DNA of 64,000 bases from Bdellovibrionales bacterium (GTDB lineage: Bacteria; Bdellovibrionota; Bdellovibrionia; Bdellovibrionales; Bdellovibrionaceae): the NCBI GenBank assembly GCA_031370005.1, contig JANMPT010000028.1:96001-160000 (forward strand), read 5' to 3'. A program made the translations under genes and the position numbers. This document shows, in pieces, positions 50,480 to 59,294 of this stretch (within the stretch, counting starts at the first letter, position 1; every line of letters begins with the position of its first letter). Below the pieces are notes generated by a model. It was not told the DNA's origin. It searched no databases and was given only the letters and a program-made list of their open reading frames with translations.

Positions 50480-51715
50480 TTATTTCTCCAAGAAAAGCTG
50501 CTCTTCACCGGTCAAAGTTTGCAAGTTCGAGATGCTTTTGACGACATCAAGTTGTGCATCAAAAATAGCAGATACGCTTTCAAAATGCTGAGTATCAGCC
50601 TCTAAATATGTTAAAAGATCAACTTGACCTCTCATAAAGCCGCGATCCGTTTCCCGAATCGATTTTTCCAGATCTTTCACTTTTTGAACCGCTAGCCCAG
50701 CTAACAACTTTTTTGCAAGCTGAAATTCTAAAAATGCTGAGTTAATACTTTTAAGGGTTTGCTCTTTTAAATAACTTAATCGCTCCCATTCTGATCTAAG
50801 CCTGAAGCTGGTCGCCGCCCTCGAGGCACGATTCGTATTAAAAAATGGCAAGGGAAATGAAACTCCCAATCCATAAATTTTCTCAGGACTATAACCTGAA
50901 CTAGCTGAATAACCTCCAGAAACGGTTAAGCTTGGCCACGACTCAACTTTTGCAAGTTCGACTTCATCTTTTGATTGTTGCAATTTAATATTTTGCACTT
51001 GCAATTCGAGACTGTTAGAGATCGCTCTCACGGTGAGATTTTGTATTGCTAAATCGGGCCCTTTTTCGTACCAAGAAATACTAATATCTGGTTCTGAAGT
51101 CAGCTTTAAATACGAATTAAGTTCATTCCAAAGATTCTCTTTTTGGCTTTGAATATGAAGCAGCTCTCTTTGCAAAACAAGTAGCTTCCCTACCACAATA
51201 CTCGCTTCAGTCTTTTTCTGAGGAGACGCAAAAACTCTGAACTTTAAAAAAGACTCGACTGTCTGAAATCTCACTAATCTTTCAGAGGCATAGCTAAACT
51301 TTTTCTTCGCTATTTCGTATTCATAAATTAAATTCAACAGCTTGGAACGTAGCTCAATCTCCTTATTTCTCAATTCAGCTTTGGCAATTTCAAAATCCCC
51401 ATGTGTTATCTTTTGCTTCGACGAAAACTTCCCAGGCATATACAAAGTCTGAGAAAAACCATAACGAATTAAGTCTGTATCTCCGCCAGGTTCTTTTTTA
51501 CTCTCCGTTGAAATATCAAATTTTGGATTTTCCCACTCAGCCGCTTGATCGGAAAGCTTTTGCTTCTCTTCAACAATCAAGCGCTGAGAGCTAATAAGAT
51601 AGCTATTTTTAAGACCTATCTCTATTAATTTAGCCGGAGTGACTGTTTCAGCACTGGCACTCGTCGCATGCCCAATGATACAAGTTAGAATAAATCTACG
51701 CACATTGATTCGCAT
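50480..51715 (-). CDS. TolC/CzcC-family outer membrane efflux protein
   Basis: Signal peptide; NP and WPSL motifs; GVSFPLPFFNTN; coiled coils; adjacent to the RND gene. Confidence 0.85.
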   Translation of the reverse strand: MRINVRRFILTCIIGHATSASAETVTPAKLIEIGLKNSYLISSQRLIVEEKQKLSDQAAEWENPKFDISTESKKEPGGDTDLIRYGFSQTLYMPGKFSSKQKITHGDFEIAKAELRNKEIELRSKLLNLIYEYEIAKKKFSYASERLVRFQTVESFLKFRVFASPQKKTEASIVVGKLLVLQRELLHIQSQKENLWNELNSYLKLTSEPDISISWYEKGPDLAIQNLTVRAISNSLELQVQNIKLQQSKDEVELAKVESWPSLTVSGGYSASSGYSPEKIYGLGVSFPLPFFNTNRASRAATSFRLRSEWERLSYLKEQTLKSINSAFLEFQLAKKLLAGLAVQKVKDLEKSIRETDRGFMRGQVDLLTYLEADTQHFESVSAIFDAQLDVVKSISNLQTLTGEEQLFLEK

Positions 51716-51795
51716 AATAATCCTCGGATTAATTGTTTAAAGATCAATACGAACGCCTTTTCGTGATCCAAATTTCATCTTTTATTTTAAAACAA

Positions 51796-52668
51796 CTAAA
51801 AGTTTGCAAGCATGCTCAAACTATAAGTTGTTTCTTCAGCTCGAAAAAATGTCGAAGCGATGCTTCTGCCAGCCGGCCTTTCCGCACCCTTTCTTATCGA
51901 AATGGAGTTCGTAATATCTGGAATTAACATCACCTTACCAAGGCTAATGTACATTCCGGTGCTGATATCAAGACTTTCATCTAAAAGCGTAAGACTGGAG
52001 GATCTGAAATCCTCCGTAGTGCCAACGCTTTGATAGATAGAAAATATATCAGAAAAATTATAAGAAAAGCTTCCCGCATGTATCCATGTACTGTGCGAAA
52101 AAACCTCGCTCCCATCAGGTCCAACTGCGGTGGGCAAGAATGACTGACGAGGATCCAAGTAATAAGTGAAGCTCCATTTTGGATCTATTGTCCAATTGAT
52201 AAATGCAGAGGCTCTGAGCTTTCCATTACTCCTATCTTGAATCGCTTTCTCCGTTGTTGGCAGGTAATACCAAATCACGGGAGCTACCTCGTCAGAGCCC
52301 CAGAATCCAGGAAGCCTTTGTGAATAGGTTAGAGTGGTAGTCGCCATATCAAACTTACTTCCCTTATCGACGTCGTTTAGATATGTAAAATACTGCCGCA
52401 TCCCAATTTTTGAATCTGAGCTGATCTTGTATGTCATACCGATGGCATTTACTGTATTAAGAGCCGCCCTAGAGTTTCGATCTCTAAGGTCATCGGCAGC
52501 AACCTGAAGAGCTGAAATAGCAAGAAAACCATAAGAAGATTTTTTACTTAGATCCCTCGTGTCCGCCCCTGAATTCTGAACGGTTGAAGAGGAGGACTGC
52601 GTAGAAACCTGTTGTGCAAACACTTGCGTAGACAAAAGAAGTCCAACTACAACGCCTATGGTTCTCAT
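51796..52668 (-). CDS. Putative outer-membrane beta-barrel protein
   Basis: Signal peptide (VFA), alternating aromatic beta strands, C-terminal YSLSMLANF. Confidence 0.6.
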   Translation of the reverse strand: MRTIGVVVGLLLSTQVFAQQVSTQSSSSTVQNSGADTRDLSKKSSYGFLAISALQVAADDLRDRNSRAALNTVNAIGMTYKISSDSKIGMRQYFTYLNDVDKGSKFDMATTTLTYSQRLPGFWGSDEVAPVIWYYLPTTEKAIQDRSNGKLRASAFINWTIDPKWSFTYYLDPRQSFLPTAVGPDGSEVFSHSTWIHAGSFSYNFSDIFSIYQSVGTTEDFRSSSLTLLDESLDISTGMYISLGKVMLIPDITNSISIRKGAERPAGRSIASTFFRAEETTYSLSMLANF

Positions 52669-53015
52669 TTAATTACCTCACGTTTTAGTAGTTCATATTC
52701 TGTGTTAGGCAAAATCGAGCCTTCATTAAACTCTACGGTAGAAATCTGATTATTTATACCCACAATTCTTCCGATTCCCCCAAGCTTTCTGAGGCAAGAT
52801 ATTCGCTCTCTATCCTTGAAGTAATGGGTTACGCAGTCCTTATTTAGGGCAGTCACTTCACGACCAACCAAAGCCTTATCATTTTCATCAAACTTAACCT
52901 GTACTTGTGTGACACCGTCTTTAAAGTAAATCGGTCTGGACTCTGGCGAATGTGAAAGCGTAGTGCATGCTCCTAGAAAAAATGGCAGCGTTAAAACTAT
53001 TATAAAATAATTCAC
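52665..53015 (-). CDS. Hypothetical lipoprotein
   Basis: GTG start with GGAGA RBS; lipobox LGAC; overlaps the next gene (ATGA). Confidence 0.65.
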   Translation of the reverse strand: MNYFIIVLTLPFFLGACTTLSHSPESRPIYFKDGVTQVQVKFDENDKALVGREVTALNKDCVTHYFKDRERISCLRKLGGIGRIVGINNQISTVEFNEGSILPNTEYELLKREVIK

Positions 53016-53108
53016 GACATATCTCCGAATTAATATTTGGATGAAGTAAGACCTTCATCAATTTTTTAGATTTGACTAAACAATTAAACTAGCCTGTGTG
53101 AATGAAAA

Positions 53109-53444
53109 CTATGTTATCGGAGGCCTGACTAGGCCATCTATGGTGGGGCTTTCGTAGATCAAATTCCTTCCGTCCAAAATAAGCAAACTTAAGGACAGAA
53201 TTATAAAAACTGTTTTTCGTGGTACATCTGAAGCGCAGTGGCAAGCATGTCCGAAATGACAAGTATGACTTTCTGGGTGACAGTCGCCCTCCTCATGCTG
53301 AGGCCCATGCATTAGATTATCTGCAGCTACTACCGAGGCAATACTGTTGGCATCACTACCAAAAATTGGTTCACAATAACTGCCAGAGAAGCAGAATAGC
53401 AAAAAGATAATAAGCGATAAAGATAAGCTGATGGAATTACGCAT
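53109..53444 (-). CDS. His/Cys-rich exported leader protein with C-terminal RPP (CzcI/DUF2946-like architecture)
   Basis: From ATG 53444 (111 aa): hydrophobic N-terminus, HGPQHEEGDCHPESHTCHFGHACHC, ending LVRPPIT; first gene of the efflux operon. Confidence 0.65.
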   Translation of the reverse strand: MRNSISLSLSLIIFLLFCFSGSYCEPIFGSDANSIASVVAADNLMHGPQHEEGDCHPESHTCHFGHACHCASDVPRKTVFIILSLSLLILDGRNLIYESPTIDGLVRPPIT

Positions 53445-53691
53445 GTCATCCCACAATAAACAGATTATTTGTCTATTACAATCAATATTCATCTGCGCAA
53501 TCATTTTGTCAAATATGCCCAAAGGCAAAGGATCGTCGCTGAGCCAAATGACATTTTGGGTCGACAATTCCGCAACTTAGTTAATTTTTAAAAGTAAGCG
53601 CTGTGCCCCCTTTTTTAGAAACAATTGTATGTAAATACTCTATCTATAGAGTGCGTTGCGGCAGCGTCGGATGTTTATGAGGCAGGAGTGA

Positions 53692-53730
53692 GCTCCCCGT
53701 ATCAAAAGTGAATCTGAATTGCAATCACAT
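53692..53730 (+). repeat. Direct repeat copy 1: orphan copy of the 3' end of the TetH-like gene
   Basis: 32/39 nt identical to 60755-60793; reads LPVSKVNLNCNHIP* versus LPVSEVNPNWHHL*. Confidence 0.8.
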
Positions 53731-53771
53731 ACCGTAGCGGATAAAGTCGCCGCAAATCGGAGGAAGTACTG

Positions 53772-55043
53772 GTGAGTAACTTTCAACAAAGGACATTTCA
53801 TTTTCACATGCTGATTATGGTTGTCGCTTTTGTCTCAACCATAATTACATATTTCTTTGGCGCCAATGCCTTTGCTGATTCGCAACCACTTACTCTTAAT
53901 GCTGCAATTGATATAGCGAAACTTCAGAGTCCTGATAGGGCTTTGCTTAATGCAAACCGCGAATCACTCCTTGCGCAAAACAGAAGATCCCTTGCCCCTG
54001 CTCCCCCAAGCTTTGATCTTGGTCTTGGGGATATTGCCGCACGCCCCAGCGAAGAAAACTCAAGCCTTAGAACGTACCAACTAAGCCAGAGTTTTGGCTT
54101 CCCAGGAAAAGCCACTTCAGAAGCAAAAAGCTTCGAGCTTGAAGCTGAAAGTGTCCGCTACGATCTCGAGGCAAAGGATCGAGAGATCACGCGCCTTGTA
54201 CAAACTGCTTTCTATAGATTTTATCTTGCTAAAATGAAACTTCAGCTGATTGAGCTTAAAAAGTTGTCGTTTACCAAAATTCTTACGATTGCCAAACGAA
54301 GAATGGTGAAAAACACAACGACTGAAGTCGAATATCTCTCAACCCAAGGGGCCCTACAAAGTACTGAAAACGAAAAGGCAGATCTTGGATTGGAAGAAAA
54401 AAATGCACGTGTAGAGTTTAATATTCTTTTGGGAAGAGCTCCTGGCGCAGAGCTTAATGTTGAGTCCCCTCAAATACCCTCTTCCCCGTTTAAGCCAGAT
54501 CGCTCGAGATTAAAAGCTGCCTTCACACAAGAAAGTCCACAACTAAAAGCCTCAGAGCTGCTGATTAAGGCTTCTGAGTCTCGTGTGATTCAAGCAAAAC
54601 GAAGCTTACTTCCAGATTTTAAGCTCATGGTCGGAACTAATAACTATGGAGGGTTTGCGGGTAACATAGAGCTATCATTTCCGCTTTGGTACATCTGGGA
54701 CGAGAATGAGAATATTAAAAGCGCCCGGCAAATAACTCTCTTACAGCAAGCCAAGGCAGAATCCCTTAGACGACAGCTGATGCAGACTTTTGAGGAAAGA
54801 ATCAACAAGCTGGAGGCTTTAAGTAAAAAGATCGCAAACTATAAATCAGAACTTATTCCAACTTCGAAGCGTGCATTTGAGGTGGCGCTTAAGAATTATA
54901 ATTATGGAAAGATCGATTTTTCGACTTTTACAACGTCGACGAATACCTATGTCAACTCTCAGCTAGAGTACCAAGTCTTGCTCTCAGACTTTCTTATTGG
55001 AAAAGCACAGTTGGATGAAATGACCGTCGGTACCTTGCCATGA
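53772..55043 (+). CDS. TolC-family outer membrane efflux protein
   Basis: GGAGG RBS with GTG start; signal peptide; QSFGFPGK, LPDF and LSFPLW motifs. Confidence 0.85.
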   Translation: MSNFQQRTFHFHMLIMVVAFVSTIITYFFGANAFADSQPLTLNAAIDIAKLQSPDRALLNANRESLLAQNRRSLAPAPPSFDLGLGDIAARPSEENSSLRTYQLSQSFGFPGKATSEAKSFELEAESVRYDLEAKDREITRLVQTAFYRFYLAKMKLQLIELKKLSFTKILTIAKRRMVKNTTTEVEYLSTQGALQSTENEKADLGLEEKNARVEFNILLGRAPGAELNVESPQIPSSPFKPDRSRLKAAFTQESPQLKASELLIKASESRVIQAKRSLLPDFKLMVGTNNYGGFAGNIELSFPLWYIWDENENIKSARQITLLQQAKAESLRRQLMQTFEERINKLEALSKKIANYKSELIPTSKRAFEVALKNYNYGKIDFSTFTTSTNTYVNSQLEYQVLLSDFLIGKAQLDEMTVGTLP

Positions 55044-55513
55044 AGTCAACTTTGAAAAGTATTTTATTCCCACCAGCTCTCTTGCTTATCTTTACCGCTC
55101 TCGCTATCTGGTCATTTCGTGTGAGCCGCCATGAGCTTGAGCAAGAGCAAGTGGGAGATACGCCTATACAGATTCCGTCAAGAGTTAAAAAAACTGACAG
55201 CGGGGAAACCGTAATCACTCTTGATGAAAATACTCAGCGGCTTATTGGAATAGAAATTAAAAGACTTCAGCTCGTGGGCGGTGAAATCGTATTCCCAGCT
55301 TCAGCTATTTTACATCAAGCCGGACAGACATGGGTTTATGTCCAAGTTAAACCTAATGAATTCATTCGCCGAGAGGTCCATCTAACACGAACGAAAAGTC
55401 CACATCGACTCATCAACCGAGACCTCTCTGCTCAAACTCCTGTTGTTTCCTCTGGCGCTGAGATTCTTCTTTCTGAGGAGTTCAAATCACAGATTCAACC
55501 GGGTGGGGACTAA
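55040..55513 (+). CDS. Miniature periplasmic adaptor (membrane fusion protein-like, membrane-proximal parts only)
   Basis: TM anchor, then Q..IGIE followed directly by C-terminal MFP motifs P.SAI....G..WVYV, F.RREV and VV..GA..L; only 157 aa. Confidence 0.65.
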   Translation: MKSTLKSILFPPALLLIFTALAIWSFRVSRHELEQEQVGDTPIQIPSRVKKTDSGETVITLDENTQRLIGIEIKRLQLVGGEIVFPASAILHQAGQTWVYVQVKPNEFIRREVHLTRTKSPHRLINRDLSAQTPVVSSGAEILLSEEFKSQIQPGGD

Positions 55514-55515
55514 AA

Positions 55516-58500
55516 ATGCTAAGACGTCTCATTCATTTTTCTATTCTTCATCAAGGTGTAACAATAACGTTGGCTATTCTGTTAACACTCTATGGCCTCT
55601 ATGCTACATCTCGCTCAAAAGTAGACATTTTTCCGGAGTTTGCTCCACCTCAGATTGTCGTGTTTACAAATGCCCCAGGGCTTTCTCCTGAGGAGGTAGA
55701 ACAGCTCGTTACTCGTCCCATCGAGACCGCAATTAATGGAGCGCCTAATCTTAAAACTTTACGTTCGCAATCAATTCAGGGAATTTCCTTTGTAACCGCC
55801 ATTTTCAATGAGCAAACGCAAATCATGCTTGCAAGGCAAGTTGTAGGAGAACGCCTTGCTGAGGTGGCCAGCAAACTCCCGCGAGGAATAAAGGCCCCCA
55901 TCATGGAGCCACTAACGAGCGCCATGAGTCTTGTTCTGATGGCGGGAATCACTTCCCAAACGAGAACTCTAAAAGACCTGCGCTCCCTTGCCGACTGGAC
56001 GCTTTTGCCCAGACTACTTGCAGTACCAGGCGTGGCAAAGGTTGTTATTTACGGTGGAGAAGTTCGCGAATTTCAAATTGAACTTCTTCCAGATCTAATG
56101 AAAGCTTTTGGTATTAGCTTTGATGAGATATTAGCTGGTGCATCACAAGCCACCGGCATTCGCGGCTCAGGTTTTATCGAAACCAAAAACCAAAGAATTA
56201 TCTTGAGATCCGAAGGGCAATCTCTCACTGCTGAAAAACTTGAAAATATTGTGATCCGCAGAACACCAGGCCTGAGCGTTAGGATCAAGGACGTTGCAAG
56301 GGTGGTGGATGGCTTTGCACCAAAAATTGGTGACGCCCAAATCCTAGGTCAATCCGGAATAATTCTGGCCATTTCCAGCCAGTATGGAGCGAACACGCTC
56401 CAGGTTGCAGAGGCGGTCAAAAAAAAATTTAATGACCTTGGCCCTTTACTCCAGGCGGAACAAGTTTCATTAAAACCAGATCTTTTCCAGCCTGCGGAAT
56501 TCATTCAAAAAGGAATCAGTAATGTCAAATCGTCACTCCTCTTGGGTGCCATTCTTGTAGTAAGTGTCTTATTTATTTTTCTTTGGAACCTGCGAATTTC
56601 ATTTATTTCCGCGACTGCCATTCCGCTTTCCTTACTGATCGCCATAGTGTTATTGGATTACATTGGCATTTCACTCAACACCATGACCCTTGGTGGACTG
56701 GCAATCGCTCTTGGTGAGGTTGTGGATGATGCGATCATAGACGTTGAAAATATTTTCCGACGGCTAAAAGAAAATGCAAAATTAAACGTACCAAAACAAC
56801 GACTAAAAGTAATTTTGAACGCTTCAATTGAAGTTCGCTCAGCGGTTGTATTTGCGACTTTTGTTGTTATCGTGGTCTTTCTTCCCGTAATTAACTTAAG
56901 TGGCATCCAAGGGAAGCTCTTTGCTCCCCTTGGATACGCCTATATTTTCTCTATCCTCGCCTCACTACTTGTAGCACTCACACTAACTCCAGCATTATCC
57001 TCCTTATTACTTGGCGCAAAGACACTCCGTCACGAGGAACCTACGGCGGTGAGCTGGTTAAAAAAAGTCTATCAACTCCACTTAGAACGTATTCTTGCAA
57101 AACCAAAACACATGATAATAATAGCGGTTACTCTTGTGCTGGCGTCTTTGGCGACAATTCCTTTCTTTGGCGGAGCCTTTCTTCCAGATTTTCAAGAGGG
57201 TCGTCTAATTATTCACATGGCACTTCTTCCTGGAACTTCGCTTTCTGAGTCGCAACGCTTTGGAAAACTCATAACGAAAGAGTTGCTCAAACTAACTGAA
57301 ATTCATTCCATATCTCAAATCACGGGTACTGCTGAGGCTTCAGATGATACACTCGGCACCTTTGAGAGTGAATTTCAAGTAGAGCTAAAACCCGATCAGA
57401 TAGAAAACACTGAGGCTGTCCAAGGAAAAATTAGACAGGTGCTCGCTAAATTCCCCGGAGCCTCATTTGCAATGAATACTTTTCTGACCGAGCGAATTGA
57501 GGAAACAATTTCTGGCTCAACCGCTCCAGTTGTAGTTCATATTTTCGGTGATGACTTAAAGATACTCGATCAAAAGTCAAAGGAAGTGGCCCGTCTTCTT
57601 GCGCACATTTCAGGTGCGACAGATGTTCGAATGGAGGCTCGTCCGACAATTCCAGAGGTTCATATTTCTTTAAAACCAGAGCGTTTAACAAGCCTTGGAT
57701 TTGAGCCCGACCTTGTCTTAAATGCTATACAGACAGCATACCAGGGCTCACCTGTGTCTGAAGTTTACCAAGGAAATCGGGTGACCCAAATTGTAGCGCT
57801 ACTTGATGCACATGTGCGAGCAGACCCAGAACAAATTGCAAGCCTACCAATTCGGAATACTGAAGGACGTTGGGTTGAATTAGGCGAGCTTGCTGATATA
57901 CGTGAAGACTCTGGCCGCTATAGCATTTTACATGAGAATACGAGCCGAAGAGCACTCGTAAGCTGTAATGTCATTGGACGTGATGTAACCTCATTCACAA
58001 AAGAACTCGAAATACGCCTTTTAAGGGAAGTCACTCTCCCAAATAACATGTACACTATTGTTTCCGGTGCAGCTGTAGCAAGATCACAAGCAAGCCATGA
58101 AATTCTTGTCCAAGCACTCCTTGCAGGAGGAATTATCATCCTGCTTTTATGGATCGTGTTTCAAAGTGCACGAAACCTCATTCTTGTTCTCATAAATTTG
58201 CCCTTCGCTTTTGTGGGTGGCCTGCTCGCTGTATTTTGCACAGGGGGTTGGCTCTCACTTGGATCACTCATCGGCTTTGTGAGTCTTTTTGGAATTACAA
58301 CTCGAAATTCCATCATGCTTATTTCCCACTATAAACACCTTGTACAAAAGGAAAATGCATCTTGGGACATTCGCACTGCCATTCGTGGAGCTACTGAGCG
58401 ACTTTTGCCCATTCTCATGACGGCCACAGTTACAGGGTTGGGACTTCTACCCCTCGCAATCGGAAGCGGAGCCTCCGGAAGAGAAATCGAAGGGCCGATG

Positions 58501-58635
58501 GCCATTGTTATTTTGGGCGGACTCCTCAGCTCCACAATACTGAATCTTCTCATGCTTCCCGCCTTAGCCCTTAGATACGGCCAATTTGACAAGCCTAAGT
58601 CGAGGGTCTCAAGCGCTTGTACTCAAGCCAAGTGA
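55516..58635 (+). CDS. CusA/CzcA-family RND transporter
   Basis: VDIFPEFAPPQ, TLGGLAIALGEVVDDAIIDVEN, ERLLPILMTA and PMAIVILGGL motifs. Confidence 0.92.
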   Translation: MLRRLIHFSILHQGVTITLAILLTLYGLYATSRSKVDIFPEFAPPQIVVFTNAPGLSPEEVEQLVTRPIETAINGAPNLKTLRSQSIQGISFVTAIFNEQTQIMLARQVVGERLAEVASKLPRGIKAPIMEPLTSAMSLVLMAGITSQTRTLKDLRSLADWTLLPRLLAVPGVAKVVIYGGEVREFQIELLPDLMKAFGISFDEILAGASQATGIRGSGFIETKNQRIILRSEGQSLTAEKLENIVIRRTPGLSVRIKDVARVVDGFAPKIGDAQILGQSGIILAISSQYGANTLQVAEAVKKKFNDLGPLLQAEQVSLKPDLFQPAEFIQKGISNVKSSLLLGAILVVSVLFIFLWNLRISFISATAIPLSLLIAIVLLDYIGISLNTMTLGGLAIALGEVVDDAIIDVENIFRRLKENAKLNVPKQRLKVILNASIEVRSAVVFATFVVIVVFLPVINLSGIQGKLFAPLGYAYIFSILASLLVALTLTPALSSLLLGAKTLRHEEPTAVSWLKKVYQLHLERILAKPKHMIIIAVTLVLASLATIPFFGGAFLPDFQEGRLIIHMALLPGTSLSESQRFGKLITKELLKLTEIHSISQITGTAEASDDTLGTFESEFQVELKPDQIENTEAVQGKIRQVLAKFPGASFAMNTFLTERIEETISGSTAPVVVHIFGDDLKILDQKSKEVARLLAHISGATDVRMEARPTIPEVHISLKPERLTSLGFEPDLVLNAIQTAYQGSPVSEVYQGNRVTQIVALLDAHVRADPEQIASLPIRNTEGRWVELGELADIREDSGRYSILHENTSRRALVSCNVIGRDVTSFTKELEIRLLREVTLPNNMYTIVSGAAVARSQASHEILVQALLAGGIIILLLWIVFQSARNLILVLINLPFAFVGGLLAVFCTGGWLSLGSLIGFVSLFGITTRNSIMLISHYKHLVQKENASWDIRTAIRGATERLLPILMTATVTGLGLLPLAIGSGASGREIEGPMAIVILGGLLSSTILNLLMLPALALRYGQFDKPKSRVSSACTQAK

Positions 58636-59083
58636 GAATAATCACAAAGACATCAAGGAATGAAAGTACCAAGAGCCAGACTGAATGGGTGAGAGTATAG
58701 CGATAAACTTGGTAGATCAGGAATAGTCCAAACGCCACTATTGCAATTGGATAAGCCCAAAATTTCTTTCGCCATAGGGCCCACACCACTCCGACCTTAA
58801 TCACTCCATGCCACAACAAAAAGGCCGCCGCAAAGATTTTAGTACTCACTGATAGATGCTGAGCAGAGCGCAGGATCAAGCCAGCAACCAAATCATGTGG
58901 GTCCTCTATCAACTCATGTTGAGTGAATGCACCTAACAGCCCGTGGATCTGGCCGGGACTAACAAAAAATAGCAGAGCGCCACCGATAATTTCGAAAACG
59001 CCATCAACCGCTTTGCTGATGACCCCAATAACAAAGAGGATATGGACTATCTTGTTTCTCTTACTTATTTCCATAATAGCCAT
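58595..59083 (-). CDS. DUF2127-like membrane protein
   Basis: K..DG.FEIIGG, EL.EDPHD, HG.IK and L...D.....LTW.EY motifs; GGAGG RBS before ATG 59083. Confidence 0.75.
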   Translation of the reverse strand: MAIMEISKRNKIVHILFVIGVISKAVDGVFEIIGGALLFFVSPGQIHGLLGAFTQHELIEDPHDLVAGLILRSAQHLSVSTKIFAAAFLLWHGVIKVGVVWALWRKKFWAYPIAIVAFGLFLIYQVYRYTLTHSVWLLVLSFLDVFVIILTWLEYKRLRPST

Positions 59084-59294
59084 CTTAAGCTTTGCCTCCA
59101 CCAAGGATAACGTTTTATTTCTAATTTCCGGTAAGTAAATTGAAACTGTGTGATTTCAACAGTCTTTGTGCCTTAGCAAATTGTTATTATTTAATTTAAC
59201 AAACCGATGAAAGATTCAGACGGTTCAATTGACTTGGATTTGTAGAATTGATTTTCTTGTGTTCTCAAACTTTAACGTTCACTGGTGCAAATTT

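Noticed and set aside
53500..53580. GGCAAA-containing segment as a c-di-GMP-I riboswitch, and the longer 152-aa version of the leader ORF
   Set aside because: The GEMM P2 features are missing. The N-terminal extension has no RBS and would bury the signal-like segment, so ATG 53444 is preferred.
53640..53765. Possible riboswitch (M-box, fluoride or ykkC-like) in the leader of the second tolC
   Set aside because: Only short scattered similarities with no full consensus. The central part is better explained as a copy of the tetH 3' end.
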